Origin: Actinomycetes bacterium
Lineage (GTDB): Bacteria > Actinomycetota > Thermoleophilia > Gaiellales > Gaiellaceae
Assembly (NCBI GenBank): GCA_031370755.1
Contig: JANMQZ010000093.1
Location: 576-64,575, forward strand
DNA: 64,000 nt
Reading direction: 5' to 3'
The notes beneath the pieces were generated by a model. That model had not been told where the DNA came from and ran no database searches. It was given only the letters and a program-made list of their open reading frames with translations. The position numbers were made by a program, and so were the translations under genes. Position 1 is the stretch's first letter. Every line of letters begins with the position of its first letter. This document shows, one piece after another, positions 1 to 11,389 of this stretch.

Positions 1-47
1 CCGTCCGGAGCCCAGGGCCCCCGTCTCGACCTCAGACAAGCGTGCTC

Positions 48-2902
<2,855 letters not shown>

Positions 2903-2924
2903 ATCGCCGCCGAGCGGCTCGAGC

Positions 2925-3995
2925 TCACGCCAGGGCCTGATCGCGCACCTCCCCCGGGGTCACTTCGAGCAGCTGGTCGGGCTCGGAGGGGAGCATTGCT
3001 GCGTCGGTCGCCGTGATGAGCGCCTGGCCGACCCGGATGACGCGGGCGGCGAGGATACGGCGCCGGTCGGGGTCGAGCTCGGAGAGCACGTCGTCGAGGA
3101 GAAGCAGCGGCGGGAAGCCGCGGCGGTCGGCGATCAGCTCCGCCTCGGCGAGCAGGAGCGCGAGCACCGCGAGCCGCTGCTCGCCCTGTGACCCGAAGCT
3201 CCGGAGGTCGCGGGCGGCGGCGGTGAGGACGACGTCGTCGAGATGCGGGCCGATGCCGGTGACGCCGCGGTCGAGGTCGCGGTCGAGCCGTGCGTCGAGG
3301 TCGGCGACCGTGACGCCGGCTCCGTCGTAGCGCAGCTCGGCGTCGGGAAGCCCAAGCTCCCCGGCCCGCTCCGCGAACGGTGCGGCGAGCAGCGCGAGCG
3401 TCTCCTTCCGCGCGGCGACGAGCTCCGTCCCAAGCGCGGCGACCTGCTCGGTCCACGGTGTCAGTGCATCGCGGGACGAGTAGCCGCCGGCGACGCGACG
3501 AAGCGATGCGTTCCGTTGCGCGACTGCGCTGCTGTACTCCGCCGACAGATGCGCGCGTGCCGGCGTGAGCCGGCCGACGGCGCGGTCGAAGTATGCGCGC
3601 CGCGCCGCAGGTGCGCCTTTCACGACGCCGAGACGATCCGGCGTGAAGACGAGCGTCGCGGTCTCGCTGCGCAACTGCTCAGCCGCGAGCAGCGGTGCGC
3701 CATTCAGCTTCGCACGCTTACCAGCACCGGCTTCGAGCGTGAGCTCGATCTCGAGCGGCACAGTGCCGCGTGTCCCGCGAACGGCAATGCGTGCCGCGCG
3801 CTCGCCGAAGCGGATCAGCTGCGCGTCGTTGCGCGTGCGCGGTGAGAACCCTTGCGTTGCAACGTGCAGCGACTCGAGCAGGTTCGTCTTGCCGACGCCG
3901 TTCGGGCCAACTGCGAGCACGAGGCCGGGCTGCAAGCTCAACTCGAGCCGCGCATACGACCTGAACGACGCAAGCTGAAGCTCCGTGACGACCAG
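2925..3995 (-). CDS. recF: DNA replication/repair protein RecF
   Basis: Walker A GPNGVGKTNLLESL and C-terminal LLLLDDVLSELD. The track starts at TTG 3941, but in-frame upstream codons read LVVTELQLASFRSYARLELS, the conserved RecF N-terminus. The only start-like codon there is CTG at 3995, 10 nt after the dnaN stop. Confidence 0.9.
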   Translation of the reverse strand: MVVTELQLASFRSYARLELSLQPGLVLAVGPNGVGKTNLLESLHVATQGFSPRTRNDAQLIRFGERAARIAVRGTRGTVPLEIELTLEAGAGKRAKLNGAPLLAAEQLRSETATLVFTPDRLGVVKGAPAARRAYFDRAVGRLTPARAHLSAEYSSAVAQRNASLRRVAGGYSSRDALTPWTEQVAALGTELVAARKETLALLAAPFAERAGELGLPDAELRYDGAGVTVADLDARLDRDLDRGVTGIGPHLDDVVLTAAARDLRSFGSQGEQRLAVLALLLAEAELIADRRGFPPLLLLDDVLSELDPDRRRILAARVIRVGQALITATDAAMLPSEPDQLLEVTPGEVRDQALA

Positions 3996-4005
3996 GTCGT
4001 GCTTG

Positions 4006-5136
4006 CTAACCCGGCAGGCGGATCGGCATGACGAGATACGTGAAATCGTCGCTCTCGCCCTGCAGCACCGCCGGCCGCAGCGGGCTGATCAGCTTGAACC
4101 GCACGTCGTCGCCGTCCATCGACTCGAGCCCGTCGCGCAGGAAGTCGGCGTTGAAGCCGATCTCGAGCGTCTCGCCCGAGAAACCGACAGGCATCGACTC
4201 CTGCGACTCGCCAACCTCGTGCGTGCGTGCGATAACCGTGAGCTCGCCCTCGGCGAACCGCAGCTGCAACGGCGTTGCGCGCTGGATCATCACCGACGCG
4301 CGCCGGACGACCTCGAGAATCTCCGTACGCGGCAGCGTGAGCTCGTGCTCGAACTGCTCGGGCAGCAACTGGCGGTAGTTCGGGAACTGGCCGTCGATGC
4401 GGCGCGTCGTGAGCCATGCGCCGGCGGCCGAGAACAGCACCTGATTCTCGTGCACGCCGACCTCGACGGTTTCGCCGTGACTCGCGATGCGTGCAAGCTC
4501 CTGCAGCGCGCGACTCGGCACGATCGCCTCGAGCTCGGGCGCGGAGCCATCGAGCTCGGTCTCCTTAACCGCGAGGCGGTACGAATCCGTTGCCGCCATG
4601 ACGAGCTTGCTACCCGTAAAGCTGACGAGGACGCCGGTGAGTACCGGGCGCGACTCGTCACGCGACGCGGCACGTGCAACTCGCCCGATCGTTTCGAGCA
4701 GCGACTCGCGATCCACCGAGAACGTCTGCACCGCATCGAGCTCGAGCAAGCGCGGAAAATCTTCGGGGTTGTACGTGTGCAGCGTGTAGCTCGCGCTTCC
4801 TGACGTGACGTGCACGACCGATTCCGCCGGCTTATGCTCAATCGCAACTTCGTCTGCCGGCAGCAGTCGCGCGATGTCAACGAACGTCTTGCCCGGCAGA
4901 ACGATTGCGCCGTCACCTTCGATCTGCGCCGGCACGTTCGCGCGCAGCGACAACTCCATGTCAGTCGCAGCGAGACGAAGCTCGTTACCCTGCGCTTCGA
5001 GCAGGATCCCGGACAGGATCTGCACCGACGTGCGCGCCGAGACAGCGCGCGACACGACGCCGAGCGCTGCGACGAGCTCGTCCTTCGACACGGTAATCCT
5101 CAACCCGGAGCCCACTATTACTTCAGTTTCAATCAT
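4006..5136 (-). CDS. dnaN: DNA polymerase III beta sliding clamp
   Basis: 376 aa: RITVSKDELVAALGVVSRAVSARTSVQILSGILLEA...RLAATDMELS. ATG is preceded by AAGGA 9 nt upstream. Position between dnaA and recF. Confidence 0.96.
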   Translation of the reverse strand: MIETEVIVGSGLRITVSKDELVAALGVVSRAVSARTSVQILSGILLEAQGNELRLAATDMELSLRANVPAQIEGDGAIVLPGKTFVDIARLLPADEVAIEHKPAESVVHVTSGSASYTLHTYNPEDFPRLLELDAVQTFSVDRESLLETIGRVARAASRDESRPVLTGVLVSFTGSKLVMAATDSYRLAVKETELDGSAPELEAIVPSRALQELARIASHGETVEVGVHENQVLFSAAGAWLTTRRIDGQFPNYRQLLPEQFEHELTLPRTEILEVVRRASVMIQRATPLQLRFAEGELTVIARTHEVGESQESMPVGFSGETLEIGFNADFLRDGLESMDGDDVRFKLISPLRPAVLQGESDDFTYLVMPIRLPG

Positions 5137-5266
5137 CTTTTAAATCCTTAGTAGAGGTAGTAGGAGTGTGGACGACGGGGACGACGGTGGCAAACGGCCT
5201 GGTTGAGCCAGATCGGGTCGGTACAGGCCGTGTGGAGAGAATGCCGTTTCCAACAGGTCCCATGGT
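5137..5266. promoter_or_regulatory. dnaA-dnaN intergenic region with DnaA-box-like 9-mers and an AT-rich patch (oriC candidate)
   Basis: TGTGGACGA at 5167..5175 (8/9 to the high-GC box TGTGGACAA) and TGTGGAGAG at 5231..5239 (7/9). AT-rich run at about 5134..5166, which also contains the dnaN SD. Confidence 0.45.
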
Positions 5267-6724
5267 CTAGCGGACCTGCTTGACCCGGGCTGTGAGCTCC
5301 TGGACGAGGTTGTACACAGACCTGTCCTCACGGATCAGGCGGGCAATCTTGGAGGTTGCATGGATGACGGTCGTGTGGTCGCGACCGCCGAACTCCTTGC
5401 CGATCTTCGGGAGCGAGGAGTCCGTCAGCTCGCGCGAGAGGTACATCGCGACCTGTCGCGGATAGACGATGTTCTGGGAGCGCTTGTCGCCGCAGAGCTC
5501 CTCGAGCGACATGTTGAAGCGCTCGGCGACGAGGTCCTGGATCCGCTTGATCGAGACCTCTGCAGCCTCACCTTGCGGGAAGACGTCCTTCAGCACGTCC
5601 TGCGCGAGCTCGACCGACATTGCGCGGCCGGTGAGGGACGAGAAGGCGACGACACGCGTGAGCGCGCCTTCGAGCTCGCGGATGTTGGTGGAGACGCGGC
5701 TCGCGATGAACGTGAGCACCTCGGTCTCCGGGACGTGGATCCCGTCCGTCTTCACCTTTTTCCGGAGGATCGCGATGCGCGTCTCGAGGTCGGGAGGCTG
5801 GATGTCCGTGATCAGCCCCCACTCGAAGCGGCTGCGCAGACGGGCCTCGAGCGTTGCGATGTCGCGCGGCGGCCGGTCGCTCGACATGACGATCTGCGAG
5901 CCGGCTTCGTAGAGCGAGTTGAAGGTATGGAAGAACTCTTCCTGGATCCGCTCCTTGTGCTCGAAAAACTGGACGTCGTCGATCATGAGGACGTCGTACG
6001 CGCGGTAGCGTTGCTTGAAGCCTTCGATGCGCTTGTCGCGGAGCGAGTTGATGAAGTCGTTCATGAACGTCTCGCTCGTCACGTAGCGGACGGAGAGCTC
6101 GGACGAGTGCTCGCTGACGTACTGCGCAACCGCCTGCAGGAGGTGCGTCTTGCCGAGGCCGGTGCCGCCGTAGATGAAGAGCGGGTTGTACGCCTGCGCA
6201 GGTGCCTCGGCAACGGCGAGTGCGGCCGCGTGGGCGAAGCGGTTCGACGAGCCGATCACGAACGAGTCGAACGTGTACTTCGTGTTGAAGCCGCCGCTCT
6301 CCGGCCGGTTCTGCTGCGGCTGGATGCGCGCGATCGCCGGTGGGGCGGCGACGTCGGGCTCACCGTCGAGGTCGAGCTCGAGGAGCGCCGGCTCGTCGGT
6401 CGCCACCGCGCCCTCGGCGACGCGCAGCTCGACGGGTCGCTCCTGGCCGGTCACGTCGCGGATGGCCGCGCCGATCAGGCCGAGGAAGTGCCCCTCGATC
6501 CAGTCGCGCGTGAAATCGTTGGGAACGGCGAGGATGAACCGGTCACCGTCCAGCTCGAGGCCGTGTGTCTCCCCGAACCAGGTCCCGTACGTGGTGTCGT
6601 TGAGTGCCCCTCTGAGCCGACCGGCAACTTCACTCCACAGGCTCTCCGCAGTCAGCTCGATTTGGTGCTCCACCCCGCGTCCGGCCCCCCTGATCACCTG
6701 ATGAACGATCTGAGCGGCGAGCAT
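5267..6724 (-). CDS. dnaA: Chromosomal replication initiator DnaA
   Basis: AAA+ Walker [12 protein letters not shown], box VII and C-terminal DNA-binding region ([11 protein letters not shown]). Track ORF starts at GTG 6775, but the first 17 codons have low GC3. ATG 6724 is preferred; GTG 6673 is also possible. Confidence 0.95.
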   Translation of the reverse strand: MLAAQIVHQVIRGAGRGVEHQIELTAESLWSEVAGRLRGALNDTTYGTWFGETHGLELDGDRFILAVPNDFTRDWIEGHFLGLIGAAIRDVTGQERPVELRVAEGAVATDEPALLELDLDGEPDVAAPPAIARIQPQQNRPESGGFNTKYTFDSFVIGSSNRFAHAAALAVAEAPAQAYNPLFIYGGTGLGKTHLLQAVAQYVSEHSSELSVRYVTSETFMNDFINSLRDKRIEGFKQRYRAYDVLMIDDVQFFEHKERIQEEFFHTFNSLYEAGSQIVMSSDRPPRDIATLEARLRSRFEWGLITDIQPPDLETRIAILRKKVKTDGIHVPETEVLTFIASRVSTNIRELEGALTRVVAFSSLTGRAMSVELAQDVLKDVFPQGEAAEVSIKRIQDLVAERFNMSLEELCGDKRSQNIVYPRQVAMYLSRELTDSSLPKIGKEFGGRDHTTVIHATSKIARLIREDRSVYNLVQELTARVKQVR

Positions 6725-6741
6725 ACCAACCTGCGAAAACA

Positions 6742-6764
6742 CTGCAAATGGGGGCACTTTGCAG
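6742..6764 (-). other. Hairpin plus U-tract in the dnaA leader, related to the element upstream of gyrB
   Basis: Minus strand reads CTGCAAA-gtgccccca-TTTGCAG, then TGTTTTCG, then 9 nt, then ATG 6724. It shares the 9-mer CATTTGCAG with the gyrB hairpin. Confidence 0.5.
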
Positions 6765-6788
6765 GCACTTCCCACTCCGCCACTTTCC

Positions 6789-6873
6789 CTCCACAGCTGT
6801 GGAAAGCGGTGGGGGAAACTCCCCTTTTCGGCCTGGCTCCGAGGCGTGAGCCTGTGGACAAGTCGGTGGACGG
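6789..6873. promoter_or_regulatory. DnaA-box cluster in the dnaA/rpmH divergent intergenic region
   Basis: Perfect high-GC DnaA box TGTGGACAA at 6853..6861. TGTGGAAAG at 6798..6806 lies inside the 12-nt palindrome CCACAGCTGTGG. A weaker GGTGGACGG follows at about 6865. Confidence 0.55.
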
Positions 6874-6948
6874 TTGCTGGCTATACTGGCGCCCCGGCGG
6901 CTACCCCTGACGGGGGATTTGTTCGCTCAGACCCCACTTTCTTTTCGA

Positions 6949-7083
6949 ATGAAGCGCACTTATCAGCCAAATGTTCGCCGCCGCAAGCGCAAGCACGGCT
7001 TTCGCGCGCGCATGTCGACGCGCGCCGGCCGCTTGATTCTCAAGCGCCGTCGTAACAAGGGCCGCACCCGCCTTTCGGCGTGA
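6949..7083 (+). CDS. rpmH: 50S ribosomal protein L34
   Basis: [44 protein letters not shown]. Internal ATG of track ORF 6874..7083. Confidence 0.97.
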   Translation: MKRTYQPNVRRRKRKHGFRARMSTRAGRLILKRRRNKGRTRLSA

Positions 7084-7113
7084 GTGCGGACCGCGCGTAA
7101 GCTGGAAAACACA

Positions 7114-7464
7114 ATGAAGCGCGCGAACCGTTTGTCCCGGAGCAGGGACTTCGACGCCGTCTATCGCCACGGCCGCTCGGTGTCGTCCCGCTTCCTCGTT
7201 CTCTACTGGTTCCCGCAGGAGGAAGCAGGGTCGCCGCGCTTCGGCTTCTCCGTGCCGCGTTCCGTCGGCGGCGCGGTCGAGCGCAACAGGATCAAGCGGC
7301 AGCTGCGCGAGGTGTGGCGTGCGCGGCTCGAGCGCGTGCCGGCCGGCAACGACTACGTGCTGATCGTGCGGCCGGGCCTGCCCGACGGCGTCACTGCGAA
7401 TGGATTCGACTGGCTCGGCGAGCGCGTCGACGAGGTGCTCTCGATGACGAAGGCTGCCGCATGA
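7114..7464 (+). CDS. rnpA: Ribonuclease P protein component
   Basis: MKRANRLSRSRDFDAVYRHGRSVSSRFLVLYW..., immediately after rpmH. GTG 7084 is an alternative start. Confidence 0.9.
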   Translation: MKRANRLSRSRDFDAVYRHGRSVSSRFLVLYWFPQEEAGSPRFGFSVPRSVGGAVERNRIKRQLREVWRARLERVPAGNDYVLIVRPGLPDGVTANGFDWLGERVDEVLSMTKAAA

Positions 7465-7673
7465 CCGCGCGCGTGGGCGTCGCTGCGGTGTGGCTCTACC
7501 GGCTCACGCTCGGTGCGCTTTTCCCGACGACGTGCAAGTACCACCCGTCGTGCTCGCAGTACGCGATCGACGCGGTGCGCCAGAAGGGCCTGCTGCGCGG
7601 CTCGGTTCTCGCGGGTTGGCGTCTCCTGCGCTGCAACCCGTGGAGCCACGGAGGGTTCGACCCGGTTCGCTGA
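7461..7673 (+). CDS. yidD: Membrane protein insertion efficiency factor YidD
   Basis: LYRLTLGALFPTTCKYHPSCSQYAIDAVRQKGLLRGSVLAGWRLLRCNPWSHGGFDPV. ATGA overlap with the rnpA stop. Confidence 0.92.
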   Translation: MTARVGVAAVWLYRLTLGALFPTTCKYHPSCSQYAIDAVRQKGLLRGSVLAGWRLLRCNPWSHGGFDPVR

Positions 7674-8503
7674 TGCTCCTCTTCTCGCCCCTCACTCCGC
7701 TCGAGCATGCGGCACGTCAAGTGCTCGACTGGTTGCACGGAACCGTCGGCCTGCCGTGGGCGTGGTCGATCGTCGCGCTGACGGTGATCGTCCGAATGAT
7801 CCTCGTTCCGCTGACGGTGAAGCAGATCCACTCGATGCAGAACCTGCAGCGCTTCGCGCCGCAGATGAAGGAGATTCAGAAGAAGTACAAGTCGGACAAG
7901 ACGAAGCAGAACGAAGAGCTGATGAAGTTCTACCGGGAGAACCAGATCAACCCGGCTGCTTCGTGCCTGCCGATGCTGGCGCAGTTCCCGGTGTTCATTG
8001 CGCTCTACTACGCGCTGCGGAACTTCTCGCACGAGCCGGCCGCGGACCATCCCGGCAGCTTGTCGTTCCTCCACTTCATCCCGTCGATTGCGGATCACAC
8101 GACGTCGCACTGGGGCGGCTTCGTGCTGCTCGTCGTGTACGTCCTGTCGCAGATGGCTTCGACGCTCTACATGTCGGCGACCGTCGACAAGACGCAGCGG
8201 ATCATCTTCATGCTGATGCCACTCGTCTTCGTGTTCGTGATCGCGCATTTCCCGGCCGGCCTTGTTCTCTACTGGGTGACGACGAACCTCTGGACCGTCG
8301 GTCAGGGGCTGATAACCAGGCGGCTGGTGCCGAAGACGCCGGTCGGGCTCGTCGAGAAGAAGAGCTCCCGGACGCCGCCGAAGGACGACGGCTCGAGCGG
8401 CAACGGCGCGCAGCCCGAGCCCGACGCTCCGAAGCCTGCGCCCGCGCGCTCGCAGCAGCCGCCGCGGAAGGTGCGCAGGAAGAAGAAAGCCGGGCGTCGT
8501 TGA
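7673..8503 (+). CDS. yidC: Membrane protein insertase YidC (short Gram-positive type, basic tail)
   Basis: LVPLTVKQIHSMQNLQRFAPQMKEIQKKYKSDKTKQNEELMKFYRENQINPAASCLPMLAQFPVFIALY. TGATG overlap with yidD. Confidence 0.93.
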   Translation: MLLFSPLTPLEHAARQVLDWLHGTVGLPWAWSIVALTVIVRMILVPLTVKQIHSMQNLQRFAPQMKEIQKKYKSDKTKQNEELMKFYRENQINPAASCLPMLAQFPVFIALYYALRNFSHEPAADHPGSLSFLHFIPSIADHTTSHWGGFVLLVVYVLSQMASTLYMSATVDKTQRIIFMLMPLVFVFVIAHFPAGLVLYWVTTNLWTVGQGLITRRLVPKTPVGLVEKKSSRTPPKDDGSSGNGAQPEPDAPKPAPARSQQPPRKVRRKKKAGRR

Positions 8504-9174
8504 GTGAGGACCTGACGGTCGAGACGACCGGCGAGACCGTCGGGGAAGCGAAGTGGGCGGCGCTGCGGGAGCTGGAGCTGCGCCATCCCGGTCTCGACAA
8601 GTCAGCCGTTCGCTTCGAGGTGGTTGCCGAGGGCGAGCGCGGCCTGCTCGGTGTCGGTTACGAGCCTGCGCGCGTTGTCGCACATTTGCCGGCGGAGGCG
8701 GCGGAGGCGGCCGTGATCGACGAGAGCGAACAGGCGGGCGCGGCGCGCCTGCTGATCGCACGCGTGCTCGATGCGTTCGGTGTCGAAGGCCGGCTCGACG
8801 TGCACGAAGACGACGACGCGGTGACGGTCACGTGCTCCGGTGCGGACGTCGCGCTGCTCATCGGGCGTCACGGCCAGACGATCGACGCGGTGCAGTATCT
8901 GCTCAACGCGATCTCGCATCGTTCGTACGGCGAGGAACGGAAGGAAGTCGTCGTCGACGCGGCCGGTTACCGTGAACGGCGACGGGCGACGCTCGAGTCG
9001 CTCGCGGTGCGCACGGCGCAGCAGGTGCGGACGAGCGGTGAGCGTGCGGAGCTCGATCCGATGACGGCGGTGGAGCGCAAGGTCGTGCATCTCAGGTTGA
9101 AGGAGTTCGAGGGCGTCGAGACGTCGTCGGAAGGGACGGAGCCGAATCGCTACGTCGTCGTCCTTCCTGTTTGA
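8500..9174 (+). CDS. jag: Jag/KhpB-like RNA-binding protein (KH plus R3H domains)
   Basis: TTG at 8500 overlaps the yidC stop (TTGA). LLIGRHGQTIDAVQYLLN (KH) and ELDPMTAVERKVVHLRL...TSSEGTEPNRYVVV (R3H). The upstream part of track ORF 7513..9174 is a shadow frame of yidC. Confidence 0.85.
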   Translation: MSEDLTVETTGETVGEAKWAALRELELRHPGLDKSAVRFEVVAEGERGLLGVGYEPARVVAHLPAEAAEAAVIDESEQAGAARLLIARVLDAFGVEGRLDVHEDDDAVTVTCSGADVALLIGRHGQTIDAVQYLLNAISHRSYGEERKEVVVDAAGYRERRRATLESLAVRTAQQVRTSGERAELDPMTAVERKVVHLRLKEFEGVETSSEGTEPNRYVVVLPV

Positions 9175-9214
9175 CTGGCTGCGCGCGGTCGTCGCGACAC
9201 CGGGGCTGACCGCG

Positions 9215-9736
9215 TTGCGCGACGAGTCGCGCGCCCGCGCGATGCTGCTCGACGATGCGCTGCGCGCCGTCGAGGTCGTGCGGGGGTACGAGGGCGCGAT
9301 CGTCGACGTCGGCTCGGGCGGCGGCTCGCCTGGGATCCCGCTCGCCGTGGCGCTCCCCGAGCGCGAGGTCGCGCTGCTCGAGGCGGAGCGGCGCAAGTGC
9401 GAGTTCCTCGAACGGTGGGCGCCACCGAATGCGCGCGTCGTGTGGGGCCGTGCCGAGGAACAGGAGATCGACGTCCACGGCGTCGCGCTCGCCAAGGCGC
9501 TCGCGCAGCCGGCAACCGCGCTCGAGTGGTGCCTCCCCCTCGTCCGCCCCGGCGGCGCTGCCGTTCTCTGGCTCGGCCCGACCGCGGACCTCGAAGCCCT
9601 CGCCCGCGTTTCCGCGCAGCTCGGCGGCGGCGCTCCCGAGGACCACGGCGGCCTCATCGTCGTCCCGAAGCTCAGCCCCACGCCGCCTGGTTTCCCTCGC
9701 CGCACGGGCGTCGCGAGGAAGCGTCCGCTCACCTGA
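9215..9736 (+). CDS. rsmG: 16S rRNA (guanine527-N7)-methyltransferase RsmG (short N-terminus)
   Basis: SAM motif VDVGSGGGSPGIPLAV, then LLEAERRKCEFL. TTG start. In-frame upstream codons (DWLRAVVATPGLTAL) look RsmG-like but contain only CTG codons. Confidence 0.85.
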   Translation: MRDESRARAMLLDDALRAVEVVRGYEGAIVDVGSGGGSPGIPLAVALPEREVALLEAERRKCEFLERWAPPNARVVWGRAEEQEIDVHGVALAKALAQPATALEWCLPLVRPGGAAVLWLGPTADLEALARVSAQLGGGAPEDHGGLIVVPKLSPTPPGFPRRTGVARKRPLT

Positions 9737-9762
9737 GCGGGACATCCGGCTCTGCGGCGAGA

Positions 9763-10524
9763 ATGGCGGCTGTGGCACGGATCTATGCGCTTGCGAATCA
9801 GAAGGGCGGCGTCGGGAAGACGACGACTGCGATCAACCTCGCCGCGTGCCTCGCGGAGGCGGGTGAGCGGTCGCTGGTTATCGACCTCGACCCGCAGGCG
9901 AACGCGACCTCCGGGCTCGGCATGCGCGCGAACGGCACCTCGAGCTACGACCTGCTCGACGGCGCGCCGCTCGCGGATCTGACGAAACACACGCAGTTCC
10001 CGAACCTCGACATCGTCCCGTCGAAGCCGGAGCTCGCCGGCGCCGTCGTCGAGCTCGCGCAGCGCGAGGACGGTGAGCGCTACCTCACCGAGGCGCTCGC
10101 GTCGGGCACGTCGCAGTACGACTTCGTCTTTCTCGACTGCCCGCCGTCGCTCGGCCCGCTGACCGTGAACGCGCTCGCGGCCGCGCACCGCGTGCTCGTG
10201 CCCGTCCAGGCCGAGTACTACGCGCTCGAGGGCTTGAGCCAGCTGATGAAGTCGATCGATCTCATCCGCCGCCGGCTCAACCCGAGCCTCGGTATCGGCG
10301 GCGTGCTGCTGACGATGGTCGATTCGCGCACGCGGCTCGCGCAGGACGTCGAGGCGGAGGTGCGCAAGCACTTCGGGCCGCTCGTCTTCCGCACGTCCGT
10401 GCCGCGCTCGGTGCGGCTCGCGGAAGCGCCGAGCCACGGGCTACCGGCGATTGCCTACGATCGCCGCTCCGCCGGAGCCGACGCGTACTGGAAGGTGGCG
10501 ATGGAGCTTGTCGAGCGCGCCTAA
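9763..10524 (+). CDS. parA: Chromosome partitioning ATPase ParA/Soj
   Basis: ARIYALANQKGGVGKTTTAINLAACLA deviant Walker A, and DCPPSLGPLTVNAL. Confidence 0.95.
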   Translation: MAAVARIYALANQKGGVGKTTTAINLAACLAEAGERSLVIDLDPQANATSGLGMRANGTSSYDLLDGAPLADLTKHTQFPNLDIVPSKPELAGAVVELAQREDGERYLTEALASGTSQYDFVFLDCPPSLGPLTVNALAAAHRVLVPVQAEYYALEGLSQLMKSIDLIRRRLNPSLGIGGVLLTMVDSRTRLAQDVEAEVRKHFGPLVFRTSVPRSVRLAEAPSHGLPAIAYDRRSAGADAYWKVAMELVERA

Positions 10525-11365
10525 CCGCAGAGGGCTCGGCCGCGGCCTCGAGGTACTCGTCGGCGGCCACGATCCCGCCGTGAACGAGCTGCTCGAGCTG
10601 CCGGTCGAGGCGATCCACCCGAACCCGCGCCAGCCGCGGAAGCGCTTCGACGGCGAAGCCGGTTCGGGGCTCACGGAGTCCATCAAGCGGCAGGGCGTCA
10701 TCCAGCCGCTGCTCGTGCGCACGCGACAGGCGGGCGGCTACGAGCTGATCGCAGGCGAGCGCCGCTGGCGCGCCGCACGCGAGGCCGGCCATGCGACCGT
10801 GCCCGCCGTCGTCCGCGAGGCAGACGACCGCGACACACTTGTGCTCGGCCTGATCGAGAATGTCGCGCGCGAGCAGCTCTCGCCCGTCGAGGAAGCGCGC
10901 GCGTACGCGGTGCTCCTCGACGAGTTCGGGCTTGCGCTCGGCGAGGTCGCGGAGCGCGTCGGCCGCTCGAAGCCGTCCGTCTCGAACCGCATCCGCCTGC
11001 TCGACCTGCCGGACGACGTGCTCGGGATGCTCGAGCGCGGGCAGCTGAGCGAAGGCCACGCGCGCGCCGTGCTTGCCGTTCCCGATCACGAGGGCCGCCG
11101 CCGTCTTGCCCGCGAGATCGTGCAGAAGGGCCTGTCGGTGCGTGCGGCCGAGCAGCGCGCGAAATGGGCCGGCGCGAAACAGAAGCCGCGGCTTCGCATC
11201 GCGCCCGTCGACCCCGCTCTCGTGACGCGGGTGCGCGACGCGCTCGCGCAGCTCACCGGCTTCGAGGCCAAGATCGGCCGCGGCCGTGTCGAGCTTCCGT
11301 TCGCCGACGAGCACGAGCTCGCCGAGCTAGCGGAAGCGCTCGAGCGCGCCGCCGCGAAGCGCTGA
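10508..11365 (+). CDS. parB: Chromosome partitioning protein ParB/Spo0J
   Basis: TTG start gives MSSAPNRRGLGRGLEVL. GERRWRAAREAG box and HTH LGEVAERVGRSKPSVSNRIRLL. Overlaps the parA end by 17 nt. Confidence 0.93.
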   Translation: MSSAPNRRGLGRGLEVLVGGHDPAVNELLELPVEAIHPNPRQPRKRFDGEAGSGLTESIKRQGVIQPLLVRTRQAGGYELIAGERRWRAAREAGHATVPAVVREADDRDTLVLGLIENVAREQLSPVEEARAYAVLLDEFGLALGEVAERVGRSKPSVSNRIRLLDLPDDVLGMLERGQLSEGHARAVLAVPDHEGRRRLAREIVQKGLSVRAAEQRAKWAGAKQKPRLRIAPVDPALVTRVRDALAQLTGFEAKIGRGRVELPFADEHELAELAEALERAAAKR

Positions 11366-11389
11366 CGCACGCCTCGATAGGGTGACGGC

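Noticed and set aside
6725-6775. N-terminal extension of dnaA from GTG 6775.
   Set aside because: GC3 of the first 17 codons is about 50%, against 80-90% in the gene body. The segment also contains the hairpin-U-tract element.
8602-10437. Long antisense ORFs in the track. Examples: 8602..10437, 16767..18971, 25337..27868, 35043..37103, 46895..48871, 56272..58536, 600..2468 and 22763..24289.
   Set aside because: Each lies opposite a gene with clear family motifs. Their translations are Arg/Ala/Pro/Gly-rich and motif-free. They are the expected stop-free shadow frames of very GC3-rich genes.
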